A stretch of 61,735 nucleotides of DNA, filler included, from Stramenopiles sp. TOSAG23-6 (Eukaryota), in assembly GCA_900128565.1 (NCBI GenBank). It is 17 parts of 17 records of this genome, joined end to end, with 100 filler letters (N's around TTAATTAATTAA, not from the genome) between each part and the next. Parts side by side here need not be neighbours in the genome. Positions count along the whole stretch, not along the records: positions 10,985 to 14,543 come from LT637457.1; positions 14,644 to 18,200 come from LT637458.1; positions 18,301 to 21,849 come from LT637459.1; positions 21,950 to 25,496 come from LT637460.1; 13 more parts are not named here. One strand, 5' to 3'. The notes beneath the pieces are model-generated. The model was given only the letters and a program-made list of their open reading frames with translations. It was not told the DNA's origin and did no database searches. Made by a program: the position numbers and the translations under genes. Positions 11,022 through 23,400 of this stretch are shown here, piece by piece (position 1 is the stretch's first letter; each line of letters opens with the position of its first letter).

Positions 11022-13507
11022 TTAATCTTTTTGCTTCAAATTTCTTTCCTTTTCATAGTTTTTACTTAGCTCAATAATCATCTGGCGAGGACAAGGTTTG
11101 TGCTCTGTATAAACCATAGAAAATTCTCCTTTACCAACAGTTGCCGTGCGAAGATCCGTAGAATATCCAAACATAGCATTAAGAGGAACTTCACAGGTTA
11201 TATTAGTATAGTTCATGTCAGTTACAGTATCTTTGATGTAGCCTTTGCGTCTGTTGAGACCACTGATTGTATTACCTTGATATTCTTCAGGAACAACCAC
11301 ATCAACATCCATAACAGGTTCTAGAACAGTTGGTCCAGCTTGAGGGAAGTATTTACGAAATGCACCTTGAGCACATAGTCTAAAGGCCATCTCACTGGAG
11401 TCAACGGAGTGAGCATCACCATCAGTGATCACAAATCGAATACCTTCTACTGGATGTCCAATTTGTGTCCCTTTCTCCATAGCTTGTTGAAAACCTTTTT
11501 CGACTGCAGAAATGTATTCTGGTGGAATTGCATTACCTAAAATATTATTTTCAAATTCAAATGTAATGCCTTTTGATTTTAATTCATCTTCCAAAGGCTC
11601 CATATAACCAATAATTCGACCATACTGTCCTGACCCTCCAGTTTGTTTCTTGTGGAGGTAATTAAACTCTACCCTTTGAGTAATTGCCTCTCGATAATTT
11701 ACTCGAGGTTTACCCACTTTTACATCAACACCATATTCTCGAGACAAACGTTCGATATATATTTGTAAGTGTAACTCACCCATTCCAGAAATAATATTTT
11801 CTTTAGTTTCTTTATCTACATGACGACGGAAAGTTGGATCTTCCTTACAAAACCGTGAGATTGCTTTACCAAATTTAGTGCCATCTTTATTATTTGGCGT
11901 TACTGCTAAAGACATCACCGGATCTGGCACAAACATCGATTCCATCGAATATCTATTGAGTAGAAAATATTAGTAAATATTATCAAAAATAAGTTTTTGT
12001 AGATAATTATGAAATAGTATCAAAAAAAGGTTTGAAAGTCATCTGATAATAATAATAATAATGATGATAATAAAAGTTTTGTCCTTATTCGGTAATTCCA
12101 AAAACTGAATCTACATGGAAAGCGAAGCTCGCCAATGAGGGGTCTAATCCTCTTTCAGACTGGTGCCAGTATGTTTGTAGTCATCGGACAATTTACATTA
12201 TAAAAAACAGATAAAAAACACTTAAAAAAATATTACTTACTTAACATCACCAGACGTAAATGTATCCCCAGATGCACAATCAACACCAAACATTGCAAGA
12301 ATTTCTCCTGCTTTAGCACTTTCAATATCTTCCATTTCATCACTGTGCATTCGAACAATACGAGGCACCTTGATCTTACCACCGCCAGCATCAGGATTCA
12401 TATTATGAAACCATTGGCCGCGTTCAAGTGTGCCTTGATATACTCTCATATATGTCAGCTGACCAAATTGTCCTTCTTCCAATTTGAATGCAAGAGCAAC
12501 CAATGGTGCTTTCGGATCATTAGATAGAGTAATTTCCTTTTCATCATCTTTTAAATCAAGAGCAATATTTTTCACTTCTGGAGGTGATGGTAAATAATCA
12601 ATGACGGAATCCAATACATTCTGAACACCACGATTTTTGAACGCTGAGCCCATCAAAACAGGAACAAACTTCAGATTGATAGTACACCGTCGTATTGCGG
12701 ATTTCAGAACGTCATCTGGAATTTCTTCTTCCATTAAAAACAGTTCTTCAACTTCTTCATCAACTTCAGCAATTGCTTCAATTAAATCCTGTCGCTTCTG
12801 AGCTGCTTCTTCGGAAAGTTCCGAGGGAATCTCAGATACATCAATGACTTCACCATTGTCTCCAAGATTACGAACTGCTTTCATCGTCACAAGGTCAACA
12901 ACGCCTTCGAGTCCCTTTTCTTCTCCAATTGGAATCTGAATAGCACACGCATTTAGAGCAAGTTTTTCACGAAGATCAGTAATAACTTTCCATGGGTCAG
13001 CTCCTTCTCTATCCAACTTATTAATGAAAGCGATACGAGGCACGTCGTAGCGCTTCATCTGGCGATCAACAGTAATTGATTGACTTTGCACACCTGCTAC
13101 ACCACACAATACAAGCACAGCTCCATCCAGCACACGAAGTGCACGCTCCACTTCGACTGTAAAATCAACGTGGCCTGGAGTATCAATAATGTTCATATGT
13201 GACTCTTTCCATTGACAAAAAGTAGCAGCAGATTGAATTGTAATACCTTTTTCTCTTTCTAAATCCATGGAATCCATTTTTGCTCCGACACCATCTTTTC
13301 CCCTGACTTCATGAATTGCATCCAGTTTTCCAGCGTAAAAGAGAATTCGTTCAGTCAAAGTTGTTTGTGTGCCGAAATACCAAAGTTACGGTACCTATTG
13401 ATTGCGTCATCACTGCCAGCAGAGGATGCAAAAGTACGGGACAACAAATTCGATTTTATAGGAGCTGCCCATGCCTTGCGTGTAGCCTGGACAATGAACC
13501 GATTCAT
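11022..13507 (-). CDS. GFM1: Mitochondrial elongation factor G, 2 exons, with a frameshift in the G1 box as assembled
   Basis: [27 protein letters not shown] and [12 protein letters not shown] motifs, and a transit-like N-terminus. Canonical GTAAGT...TAG intron at about 11953-12240. Confidence 0.92.
12079..12191 (-). ncRNA. Candidate intronic box C/D snoRNA guiding the 18S rRNA helix-18 region
   Basis: GC-richer island in the EF-G intron, sense to the host, bounded by a TTGTCC/GGACAA stem. It contains CTGGCACCAG-T-CTGA and TGGAATTACCG, both antisense to the universal 18S segment CTGGTGCCAG...CGGTAATTCCA. Boxes C and D are degenerate. Confidence 0.6.
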
Positions 13508-13631
13508 TGTGCCGGAATTTAAAACTGAGAACGAGCAAAGTCTTCTGTAGTACACTTGCGACACACACATACACAAAAGATGCTGAATATACACACGCTT
13601 TTGCATCAAGTTCGACACGTGCTCATGAACG

Positions 13632-13643
13632 TACCCGGTAACA
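13632..13643. promoter_or_regulatory. Recurrent promoter 12-mer TACCCGGTAACA
   Basis: Identical copies at 13632-13643, 23296-23307 and 50315-50326 (reverse), each about 95-260 nt upstream of a start codon on a different contig. Confidence 0.55.
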
Positions 13644-14643
13644 CATTCGATTGAAAGGACTCTTCGCCAGCAGGTTCATCTGCGGTTCATCTCGAATATT
13701 AAGTACGAAAATTAGAATTTATTATCTCCATCATATAAATGTAAAGAAATATATCATACGTTGTGTTTATCTCAAAAGTTAAAGAATGAACCCCATTTCC
13801 CTTCATTTAAACGAAGTCTTCAATATTGTTTTTTTTTATTAGTGGCGAATGATTTTAATCCCCATAAAATTATAAATATACCCGTTATATATATCGTACA
13901 TTGCATCATTAGCAGCATTCTGGAATATACCAGAGGTGTACCACCACTATGCAAATTCTGCAAATTCGTTTTTCTTTTTTTCTCGGGTAAGATAAACAAC
14001 TGCCGACCTCTCCAATTTACATTTGTTATACCACTATNNNNNNNNNNNNNNNNNNNNNNNNNNNNNNNNNNNNNNNNNNNNNNNNNNNNNNNNNNNNNNN
14101 NNNNNNNNNNNNNNNNNNNNNNNNNNNNNNNNNNNNNNNNNNNNNNNNNNNNNNNNNNNNNNNNNNNNNNNNNNNNNNNNNNNNNNNNNNNNNNNNNNNN
14201 NNNNNNNNNNNNNNNNNNNNNNNNNNNNNNNNNNNNNNNTAGGTTTTGGTGTGATTTTACGTAAGACATTCTATACAAATCAAGTATATTGACAATTTTT
14301 GCATTATTTACAGCTACATTTAGGTTTTTGTCATATATTTTTTTCAATACATTTGATAAATCCATAGTATTCTTTTTTTCATATATAGTTTCACTACTTT
14401 TTAGTAATAATGGTGATTTAAAAGCATTTTGATCCTTCAAAAATGGATGAAAGTTCACAAATTTAGTATTAAGGTATATTGTAGATAAATATTTTCTAAA
14501 ATATTGACCATTGGAAACTCCAAATTTACCAAAAGTTATAGATNNNNNNNNNNNNNNNNNNNNNNNNNNNNNNNNNNNNNNNNNNNNTTAATTAATTAAN
14601 NNNNNNNNNNNNNNNNNNNNNNNNNNNNNNNNNNNNNNNNNNN

Positions 14644-17600
14644 AAAAGAAGTTCCGAAATACGTGGCATGAATGAAGCTAAAGTACTCATGAAAATAGAG
14701 GAATCAGCCGCTTGATCATGTTGAACACGATCTGCATAACTTAATCTTTGCTCTAATTCTATCTTTGTATCTTTATCTTCAAGTCGCTTTTCCTCAGCAA
14801 CTAACATTTCTCGTAAAGATTCCAGCACACTTCCTCGGATTTTGAACTCGGGACTTTTCAAAGCAGATTTTAGCATTGATATTGATTTTGGGTACAACAT
14901 TAGCCTAGGGTATCGTGTGAATAAACAAATTGCTGCCTTCAGAGCTTGTATTTTGACGCCAACATGATTCATTTCGTAGTAATGGATACACACTTGGTAT
15001 ACTGAATCTTTAATATTGCCAGGTATGAGAGAATAGGGTCCACCTTTCTTCACTGGTGAAGAAAATGGAGAAGCAAATGGAGACAGAGTATTTCCTGTGT
15101 TGCGTAATTCACCAGCGGTGACAATTTTGCTATCAAATTCAAAAGATTTACACATAAGTCCTAATACAAATAAAGCACGTTGCATATTACTGACAGTGCC
15201 TATTGATAGAGATCGTAACTTTTTTGGAGCGATTGAATGTTGAAATTTCAGCAAAAAACGATAGAAACGTCGAAGCATTGCCAAAAAGTTGGATGAATCT
15301 TTAGTGACATTACACAAACATGCCATACAATGAACTGCTGATGCTACTGACGCTGGATCTCTTCTCATAATAATTACAGAAAGATTTTTACGAATAGAAT
15401 TGGTAAGAGCAACTGGTGGACGTAAAAGACAAGGGAAAACCATTTTCATTAGTTGAGTCGCACACAACACAGCTGCCGCTTCATCTTCTGTCTCAAGGTT
15501 ACCATCACCAACAAGATAAGTGGATATTGTCTGAACATGCGGAATGAGTAATGAAGGTTCTGTACGACCTAATATACAAAGTGTTTCTAGTATACCTGTT
15601 ATCTTGTATCCGGTTTCTGTCGGATTAAGAATGACACTTTCTTCAAGTGATAACACTTTATCGATCATTCCTTGAACAATCAGAGAAAACATTTCACGAA
15701 TGCTGGAATCATCATGGGTCTTACATCTACCTTTCATTTGGATAAGTTTACGTTTATTTCGCTTCCTTTTCTTACTTGTTGTGTCTTTTTTCACAGTTTC
15801 GTAATTTCCGGGATGGTATACTTCTTGCATGAGTTGGACTAAACTATCGCGATTATCCATCGACATTGCTACTTGAATAATTTCATCTATAATTGTTTTT
15901 ATTCTTCGAATGGGTCGAGCAATATTTTCAGAAGACTTTTTTTGGGTTGTACATGTAGGAGATAAAATAGATTCATTTTCTGAATTTTTAAAGGGAGTAG
16001 CAGGTGCACCTAATTCAAAAGCAGTCTTTTCATTCATCAAAGCGTGTATACGCGCGACACTTGCAGTAGTTACGGGGGATAGTATACCAAGATCACATTC
16101 TTCATTTGTATTTTCTGAAATACATCTAGGTACAACTGGAGATGCTATCATTCCACTATTTAATATTTCATCATCAAAGTTAAACCAAAGAGTTTTAAAT
16201 GTATCAAGTACTAATGATTGCTCGCGATCTGCATCACCTTCACAGAATCGACTCAGAAGATTTGCACAAATTTCTGTTCTCTTTGGATGTTCAGGCTGTT
16301 GAACTAAAATATTACGTAAGATAACAATGACTTTTCTACGTACGGAAATACCTGTATCCGTCAGTCGCTCGATGAAACTTTTGTAATACGCTGATGCAAA
16401 TTCAGGTTTTAATGCAATATAATTACCTATTAGTTCGACAGCAGCCTCACGGACACTAATTGCAAGATCACGAAATCTACTTTTGACTGCTCTCTGTATA
16501 ACCGGATCTGCCATAATACTTGGATTTTCCGCAAGGACGGCACCGAGTGCTTTTAGAGCTTCAGCGCGATACGATATTTTAGATGCTCCTAACACGGAGA
16601 CTATATTAAGAAGCATATGTTTAAATGCATCCATTAGTGGCCGAGTGGTTGACATTGCACGACACATTCTAATAGTTGAAGGACGAGAAAGTGTGGCGAC
16701 TTTACCAATAACACTTTCAACAGGTAGTTTCCACTGCTTTGAATAATGATCTACTCTAAGCTGAAATGTATTTACTGAGCTTCCTTTGCTTTCCTTTGCC
16801 CATAAACTCAAACAATATTCCCTTGCATACGCAACTTGTGGATCACTATAGGCTTCTTCAGTGAGAAAATTAAGTACAAGTTGTTCCATAACATCACGTT
16901 GAATATCACTTTTACTCCAAGCAACACTTTCATTATCTATTTCTATTGTATTAGTATTATAATCCTCTTCAGAGTCAGATAAATGCACAGAATCTTTACT
17001 AGTACGTCGTTTTTTTTTGCTTTTTTTTGTTTTTTTCTTTACCTTTTTGTTATTCTTTGCATTTATCTCATCTTGTCTAATTTTATGAGATTTTCTATTC
17101 TCTGCAATTTGTTGCTTAACAATACTTTTAATTTTACACGTCTCACAAATCCATTCAGACGGGGGATTTTCTTTTTCTATTCCTTGGCACCTTCCGTGGA
17201 ACCAATGATGACATACATCGCAATCAAGCATGAAATCGTCAGGCTCAGTATTGCCACAACTACACGAAATTACTTCACCATCATCTTTGGGACATGCAGT
17301 CTCATTTACTTCTATTTGTTCTATTGGTATATCCACAGGATCAGATGCATGTAGGGATAATTCCTTCTGAACATGACTGCAGATCTTTCCAAGCATTCTT
17401 AGTACCATGACACGTAACGGTGCTGATAATTTGTTTTTATTAGACTGTGCAGTATGTGACGGAAGTAGTTTAATAATTCGTGTTGCGAGTAATTGCAACG
17501 CAATCTCAGCAGCAGGCCATTCGGGAATGTTAAATAGGCGCAAAATATCATCTAAAACGTTTTCTAGAATCTTCCTATAACTAGAACCGTGTTCTTTGCC

Positions 17601-18200
17601 TTTACACCTTTCTAACAAGTGAGAAAAAAAATGCGAAAGAGTGACACCAGAGGTATGAAAGGAATTCTTCATTTCATCTCTTTGAGAAGATATAGTATTA
17701 TTCGTCTCTGTATCATCTTCATCATCTTCATCATCTTCATCGTCCTCAGAAAGGCATCCTGTTTTACACACGACTGTATCACACACATCAAGTCCAGTGC
17801 AACATTGTGCCAACAGTAGAATTAAAGCTGTTATCATTTGTATATTTTTACTTGACGAGTTTATCGTATACATATACATATATTTTTTCGATGTAGGTAA
17901 TTTAAGAAGAGTACCTATGACATCCTCCAATATAACAATACGATGATGCGAATACCGCCGAAAAATTGAACGTAAAATATCAATAGAAGCAAGTTGCAGA
18001 GAATTGATATCTCGGCCTTGTATGGTAAAACTTAATAAACAAACTGAACTAAGTTGTAGAATTAATCTATCTCTCAAGACCGTTCCCTCTAATAGCCGTT
18101 TAATATTAGCCAATAAGAGGCGTAACCTACGTGCAATTTTTCGACCAAACTCTTCAGCTATTTTCATTGGATCACTTACAATGCTGGTTTTAGATCGAAT
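14644..18200 (-). CDS. NIPBL: Cohesin loader Nipped-B/SCC2 with an internal PHD finger (internal fragment)
   Basis: PEWPAAEIAL, RAEALKAL, DLAISVREAAVELIG and LTDTGISVRRKVI motifs; PHD finger CSC..MLDCDVCHHWFHGRC..WICETC. Confidence 0.9.
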
Positions 18201-18331
18201 NNNNNNNNNNNNNNNNNNNNNNNNNNNNNNNNNNNNNNNNNNNNTTAATTAATTAANNNNNNNNNNNNNNNNNNNNNNNNNNNNNNNNNNNNNNNNNNNN
18301 AATTAATGAAAGTATTAAAATGAGAACAAAC

Positions 18332-18512
18332 ATGTTCAGAAAATCCATTAATACCCCACATCTTTAAAAGTCCAGCAACAAGGCCTTGTGAAACACCACT
18401 AGAATGAAGTGAAGTAGCTTGTGAATATTTTGTAAAAAATATATTTTTTTTTTTTCCGTAAAATGTTTTTTTTGTTAGGTACAAAATTTCGTACGAAAAA
18501 AAAAAAAAAAAC

Positions 18513-18543
<31 letters not shown>

Positions 18544-18794
18544 AAATGACTCAATGATCAAACACAAACGTACATGGCACAGACCAAGAAGCTAATCGAC
18601 CATCTGGTGATGTTGTTGAAGTACCTTCGCCTAAATGTTTTTCTGCTAATCGTAGAAACATATCCCTACGTTGACGGTAAAAATGCGTAATATTGACAAC
18701 ATGTATTTTTGTATAATATTTTTAAAAATATTTCAAATTTTTGTTAGGTACAAAATTTCGTATGAAAACTAAATAAATTTAAAATTTTCGAAAA

Positions 18795-18825
<31 letters not shown>

Positions 18826-20133
18826 CCTTAAAAGTTTTTTTTTTTTGGGTAAAAAATTTCGTACGAAAAAAAAAAAATAACAAAAAAATAAAAACATCGT
18901 ACATGTAATTGTAAACGGTCAATTAACTGTGATGGTCCAGTTGCCCAACCCACACGAATTCCTGAACTTAATACTTTTGAAAATGAATCAAATCGGATAA
19001 CTCTTTGATCGATATCCATTGAATAAAATGATTTCATGTTTCGTGTTTCATTAGGGTTAGGGTTTTCATTACTAGGGTTAGGGTTAAATTGTAGATAAAA
19101 ATATGGATCATCTTCTAAAATAATCAAATTTTCACGTCTTGCTATTTCATATATTTTCTCTCTACGTTGACTGGATAGAGTAGCTCCAGTTGGATTTGAA
19201 CCATTTGGTATTGTATATATATTTTGGAAAAATATTTCAAAAATTAAAAAAAAAAAATTTGTTAGGTACAAAATTTCGTATAAAAAAAATATTTTGGAAA
19301 AAAAAAATTGAAAAAAAAATAAAACATACATAAAACACGAGGTTTTCGTTTTGAAGGGTATAATACATTCCAATTTTTTAAAACCTCATCAAGAATATCA
19401 GGTTGGAGACCGTTCTGTTTGTTAGCTATTATATATATATAGATTTTCATACTTGAGAAAAAAAAAAAATTTAGTTGTAAAAAAAAATTTAAAAAAAAAT
19501 TAAAAAAAAATTTTGAAATTTTTTTGAAATATTGGAAAGGAAACGTACTTCATCTGTATCAATACCAATTTGATTGATACCATATGGTGTAAGAAAAGCA
19601 AGTGATCCAGAATATGTTGGTGTTTCAAGGAGTAAAGAATCCCCAGGATTAAGAAGCATTTCGAAAGATTTTGTCAGAACATCTTGAGACCCTGTTCCTA
19701 CTAAAATACTCGAATTCTTGGAATGTTCTGATGGATGATACGTAGACTGGATGATCTCAAGTTGTTCAATGAGAGAAGGTAAACCGAGGGTTGGACTATA
19801 TTGCAAAACTTCTTCTAGTGTTTTTCCTTCTAAAGTAAAAGAAGAAGAAGATGTTTTGTTACTATTTGTCTTTGATGATTTTTTTACCATTGTTGTATGA
19901 ATTTCAATCTGGTCAAAAGGAAAAGTCTCGCTATTCGGCATTCCTCCACCTAAAGAAATCATACCAGGAATTTTTAATAGTGGTTGTAAAGCACGAATTG
20001 CACTTGGTTTACGCTGAAGAGAAGCCTTTGAAAAAAAATGTTCATAGTCATGGAGAGTTGTTGTTGAAGCATACATACAACGTATTGAACGATTGATCTC
20101 CATGCATTTTTGTCTTGAACGCAAAATCATCAA
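18332..20133 (-). CDS. AADAT: Kynurenine/alpha-aminoadipate aminotransferase (PLP class I), partial, last two exons in swapped order
   Basis: MISLGGGMPN, LQYSPTLG, YTIPNGSNPTG, ILEDDPY and DSFSKVLSSGIRVGW motifs. Introns 19415-19548 (GT-AG) and 19217-19329 (GT-AT). Confidence 0.88.
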
Positions 20134-20494
20134 AGACTAATGTGACTATACTGTATTAGAAGGATAATAATAATTTATTTGTCTTGTGATTGCCAATAAA
20201 AAGTACTTGATATTTAAAACTTGATTCTTATTTTGTAGTTATGTGTTTCTTTTTTTGTATTATTATATTGAGATCTGAATCAAATCATCTGATCGATCCT
20301 GATTTGAGATTTGTCATCGGTCAAAAATGACGTATTAATAATATTATTATTTAAAGTACAAAAGGTACAAAAACTACTGGTCAACAATAATGGTCAACAA
20401 TACCTACCTTTCAATAGTACTGGAAAGGTATTACACTGAATAATACTATAAATAATATACAAATTGATGTACAAAGTATAATACTAAGCATATA

Positions 20495-21745
20495 ATGTAT
20501 TATCTGTTTAAAACGCCTGTACGTCGTATGGGTATAGCGTGTCTTGGTGCTGCTACTGCCGGAATCGGGTTTCATAGTTATTCAACAATGGAACGTCGAG
20601 AAGAAAAAAAGATAACACAGGAAGAACTTGAACAAAACGATGGCAGTGAAGGCATGCCGCTGTGGATTTCTTACAAAAATTCTGTGTATGATGCAACAGA
20701 CTTTATCGATATTCATCCTGGTGGTCGAGAGAATCTAATGATGGCTGCTGGTGGTGCTATTGACTCCTTTTGGGACTACTATTCAGCTCATCGAGGAAGT
20801 GGTAAAGGTGTCAAAGCGTTGAATGCCCTTCCACGTGTCGGAACTTTAGTTATAGAACCAACTGATACATCTGTCGATGAATTAGAATTGGATCCATGGG
20901 AGAATGAACCCTCTAGATCTACTACATCAACACTTCAGCCTCTTAACGGTGATACGGGAAATAATTTGACTGGTCCTTTTGAAGCTGAGTCTTGGCCGAT
21001 CCCATTTACATTTAAAACTCCAAATTCTTCGTTTTATGTTCGAAATCATGCTCCAGTACCAGAATCAATAGATCTAAAACACGCAGGATTATCTATCGGT
21101 ATTGATTCAAGTATTTTTAAAAGAAAAAATACAAAAAATACAAAAAATACAAAAAATACAAATTTGGAGTCCAAAGAAATATCAAAATATTTTTTACTGA
21201 AAGATTTGGTCAAAAATACTTCAAATTATGAAACAATTACGTTGGACGTCACCATCCAATGTACAGGTAATCGTCTTCAAGAAGCTGAATCGGCTCTTAA
21301 AACAGCTGATATGGATTTAAAATGGGATGGAAAAGGTGTAGCACCAAAAAGTGGTGGATTGATCAGTAATGCTTCTTGTTTGTTTTATTTTGTTTTATTT
21401 TGTTTTATTTTTTTTTATTTTTTTTTTTTGAAATATTTTTTTTTGAAATATTTTTTTTTGAAATATTTTTTTTTGAAATATTTTTTTCGTACGAAATTTT
21501 GTACCTAACGTTTTTTTTTTCATAATTTCATGTTTTATTTTTCACAATACATGGACTGGAATCAGACTAACAGACTTACTTTTTCAAGCAGGTTTGAACG
21601 ATGCAGACATTGACACAGAAAATATTGATAAATACTGTGTCACAATGTATGGGGCAGATGGATTTTCGAATGCAATGCCTTTAGCTCATGTCATTAATAA
21701 AAAAAATGATGTACTGGTTGCATGGAAAATGAATGGAACACTTAT
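20495..21745 (+). CDS. SUOX: Sulfite oxidase (cytochrome b5 plus molybdopterin domain), 5' part
   Basis: VYDATDFIDIHPGG, FYVRNHAPVP, TIQCTGNR and AWKMNG motifs. Intron 21378-21552 (GT-AT) restores ISNASWTG. Confidence 0.85.
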
Positions 21746-21950
21746 GTATGTTTTTTTTTTTTTTCAACAAAAAAAAATCGATTTTTTTTTTTGGTTTTCG
21801 TACGAAATTTTGTACCTAACGAATTTTTTTTTGAAATATTTTTCCAAAANNNNNNNNNNNNNNNNNNNNNNNNNNNNNNNNNNNNNNNNNNNNTTAATTA
21901 ATTAANNNNNNNNNNNNNNNNNNNNNNNNNNNNNNNNNNNNNNNNNNNNT

Positions 21951-23195
21951 TCAAAAAAAAAAAATTTTTTGGTTAGGTACAAAATTTCGTATTAAAAAAA
22001 AAAATAAATAAAATTTGAAATAATAAGATACAGATTCTTCCATAACAGTACTATTTGGATCTGAACGATCATGACAACGTTTCCAATTTACAAATGCAAA
22101 CAATCGTTCAACTCCTTCCATTCGACCTCCTATAGCTGTCGTTGTTATTATCTGTTCATTATTTTGTTTTTTTTCTTCCGTATTATTTTCAGAATTTTTA
22201 CTTGGCTTTGCACCTTGTGCTATTGGTGTTCGTGATTTCATCATACGATTTAAATTATTTCCATATTTTAATTTTGTACTTAATTTTGTACTCAACATCT
22301 TTTTAGTCTCTGAATTCTTCATAATATCAGAAATCTTCCCTCCCCCCTGCAACCATTTCAACATAGCACTACTACAATCATTCATTCTAAGTTTTTCTGT
22401 CTCACAATTAGAATCATCTTTAATGTATGATTTATATTTATGTTTTTCTATATTTTGTTTTTGAATATCAAAGAATTCACGTTTTGCAATAGACCTATTG
22501 ATTCTCTCACTCCGGTCAGAATCGGACATTTTACTCTTCTGTCTAGCAGAAATGGAAGAGTCCATTTCATACAATGCTTTAATATACTCAATTTCAAATT
22601 TAAATGGACCTTCTTGACCTTCTCCACCTATAACAGTAAAACCGATCGTCTTTAAACGCGAGGAATCGACTTCGCGTCCAGTCGCTTTTTCATAACCAAA
22701 AGAAGTAAGTAATAAATTTTCAAACTGTAGTTCAACGTTATTCCATTTATTCACATCCTCTTTATCCATTTTAATGTATCCTTGGTGTAAGTCATCAGGG
22801 AAAAATGAAAGGGCAGTAATATTTAGCGTATATAAATTATTATCTGTTTTAATGCGCATCCCAAGTCCCTCATAATCTTCACAATCAGCCAAGTCACGAG
22901 GAATTTTGGTGCGTATTGCTGCGTAACCTTGGTTAGATCGTGTTCCATTTCGATCAAGTGAAATCACTCCTGAAAAGACACCACCACTATCATCAAGCCC
23001 AGGGGTAAAGTGTGCAGTTGATGACCCTCCAATAGTGGAATCAGTTGTCACGAGCCAATTATCTATCTGTGACTGCGCGTCAGTGCGAAAGTCAAAAAGC
23101 ATTTTGTCTGTTCTCGGAGGTGTTTGATTCCAACGCAAACTATCAATAGTTTGTCGGAATTGCCATCTAACTTCACTAATAGCCCTTTTCAACAT
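21951..23195 (-). CDS. NDUFAF1: Complex I assembly factor CIA30/NDUFAF1-like (3' end truncated)
   Basis: LFDF, WLVTTDSTIGGSS, GYAAIRT and EGPFKFEIEYIKA motifs. Confidence 0.8.
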   Translation of the reverse strand: MLKRAISEVRWQFRQTIDSLRWNQTPPRTDKMLFDFRTDAQSQIDNWLVTTDSTIGGSSTAHFTPGLDDSGGVFSGVISLDRNGTRSNQGYAAIRTKIPRDLADCEDYEGLGMRIKTDNNLYTLNITALSFFPDDLHQGYIKMDKEDVNKWNNVELQFENLLLTSFGYEKATGREVDSSRLKTIGFTVIGGEGQEGPFKFEIEYIKALYEMDSSISARQKSKMSDSDRSERINRSIAKREFFDIQKQNIEKHKYKSYIKDDSNCETEKLRMNDCSSAMLKWLQGGGKISDIMKNSETKKMLSTKLSTKLKYGNNLNRMMKSRTPIAQGAKPSKNSENNTEEKKQNNEQIITTTAIGGRMEGVERLFAFVNWKRCHDRSDPNSTVMEESVSYYFKFYLFFFLIRNFVPNQKIFFF

Positions 23196-23400
23196 GATTA
23201 GAATATGTCGGTACCAGTACTACTACTATCATGCTTTGTGCAAGTGCTACACGCATCCTTGACACGACAGAAACATATCGCGCGATCGATCCAATTACCC
23301 GGTAACATGCATGGCGATGCGATCATCCGAACGAAGAAAACGAAANTAAAAAANTTAAAAAANCACAACTGCGTCGTACTATCGAAAATATATATTCAGG

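Noticed and set aside
13820-14458. ORF spanning an N gap upstream of EF-G
   Set aside because: About a third is N and no family is recognisable, so no call can be supported.
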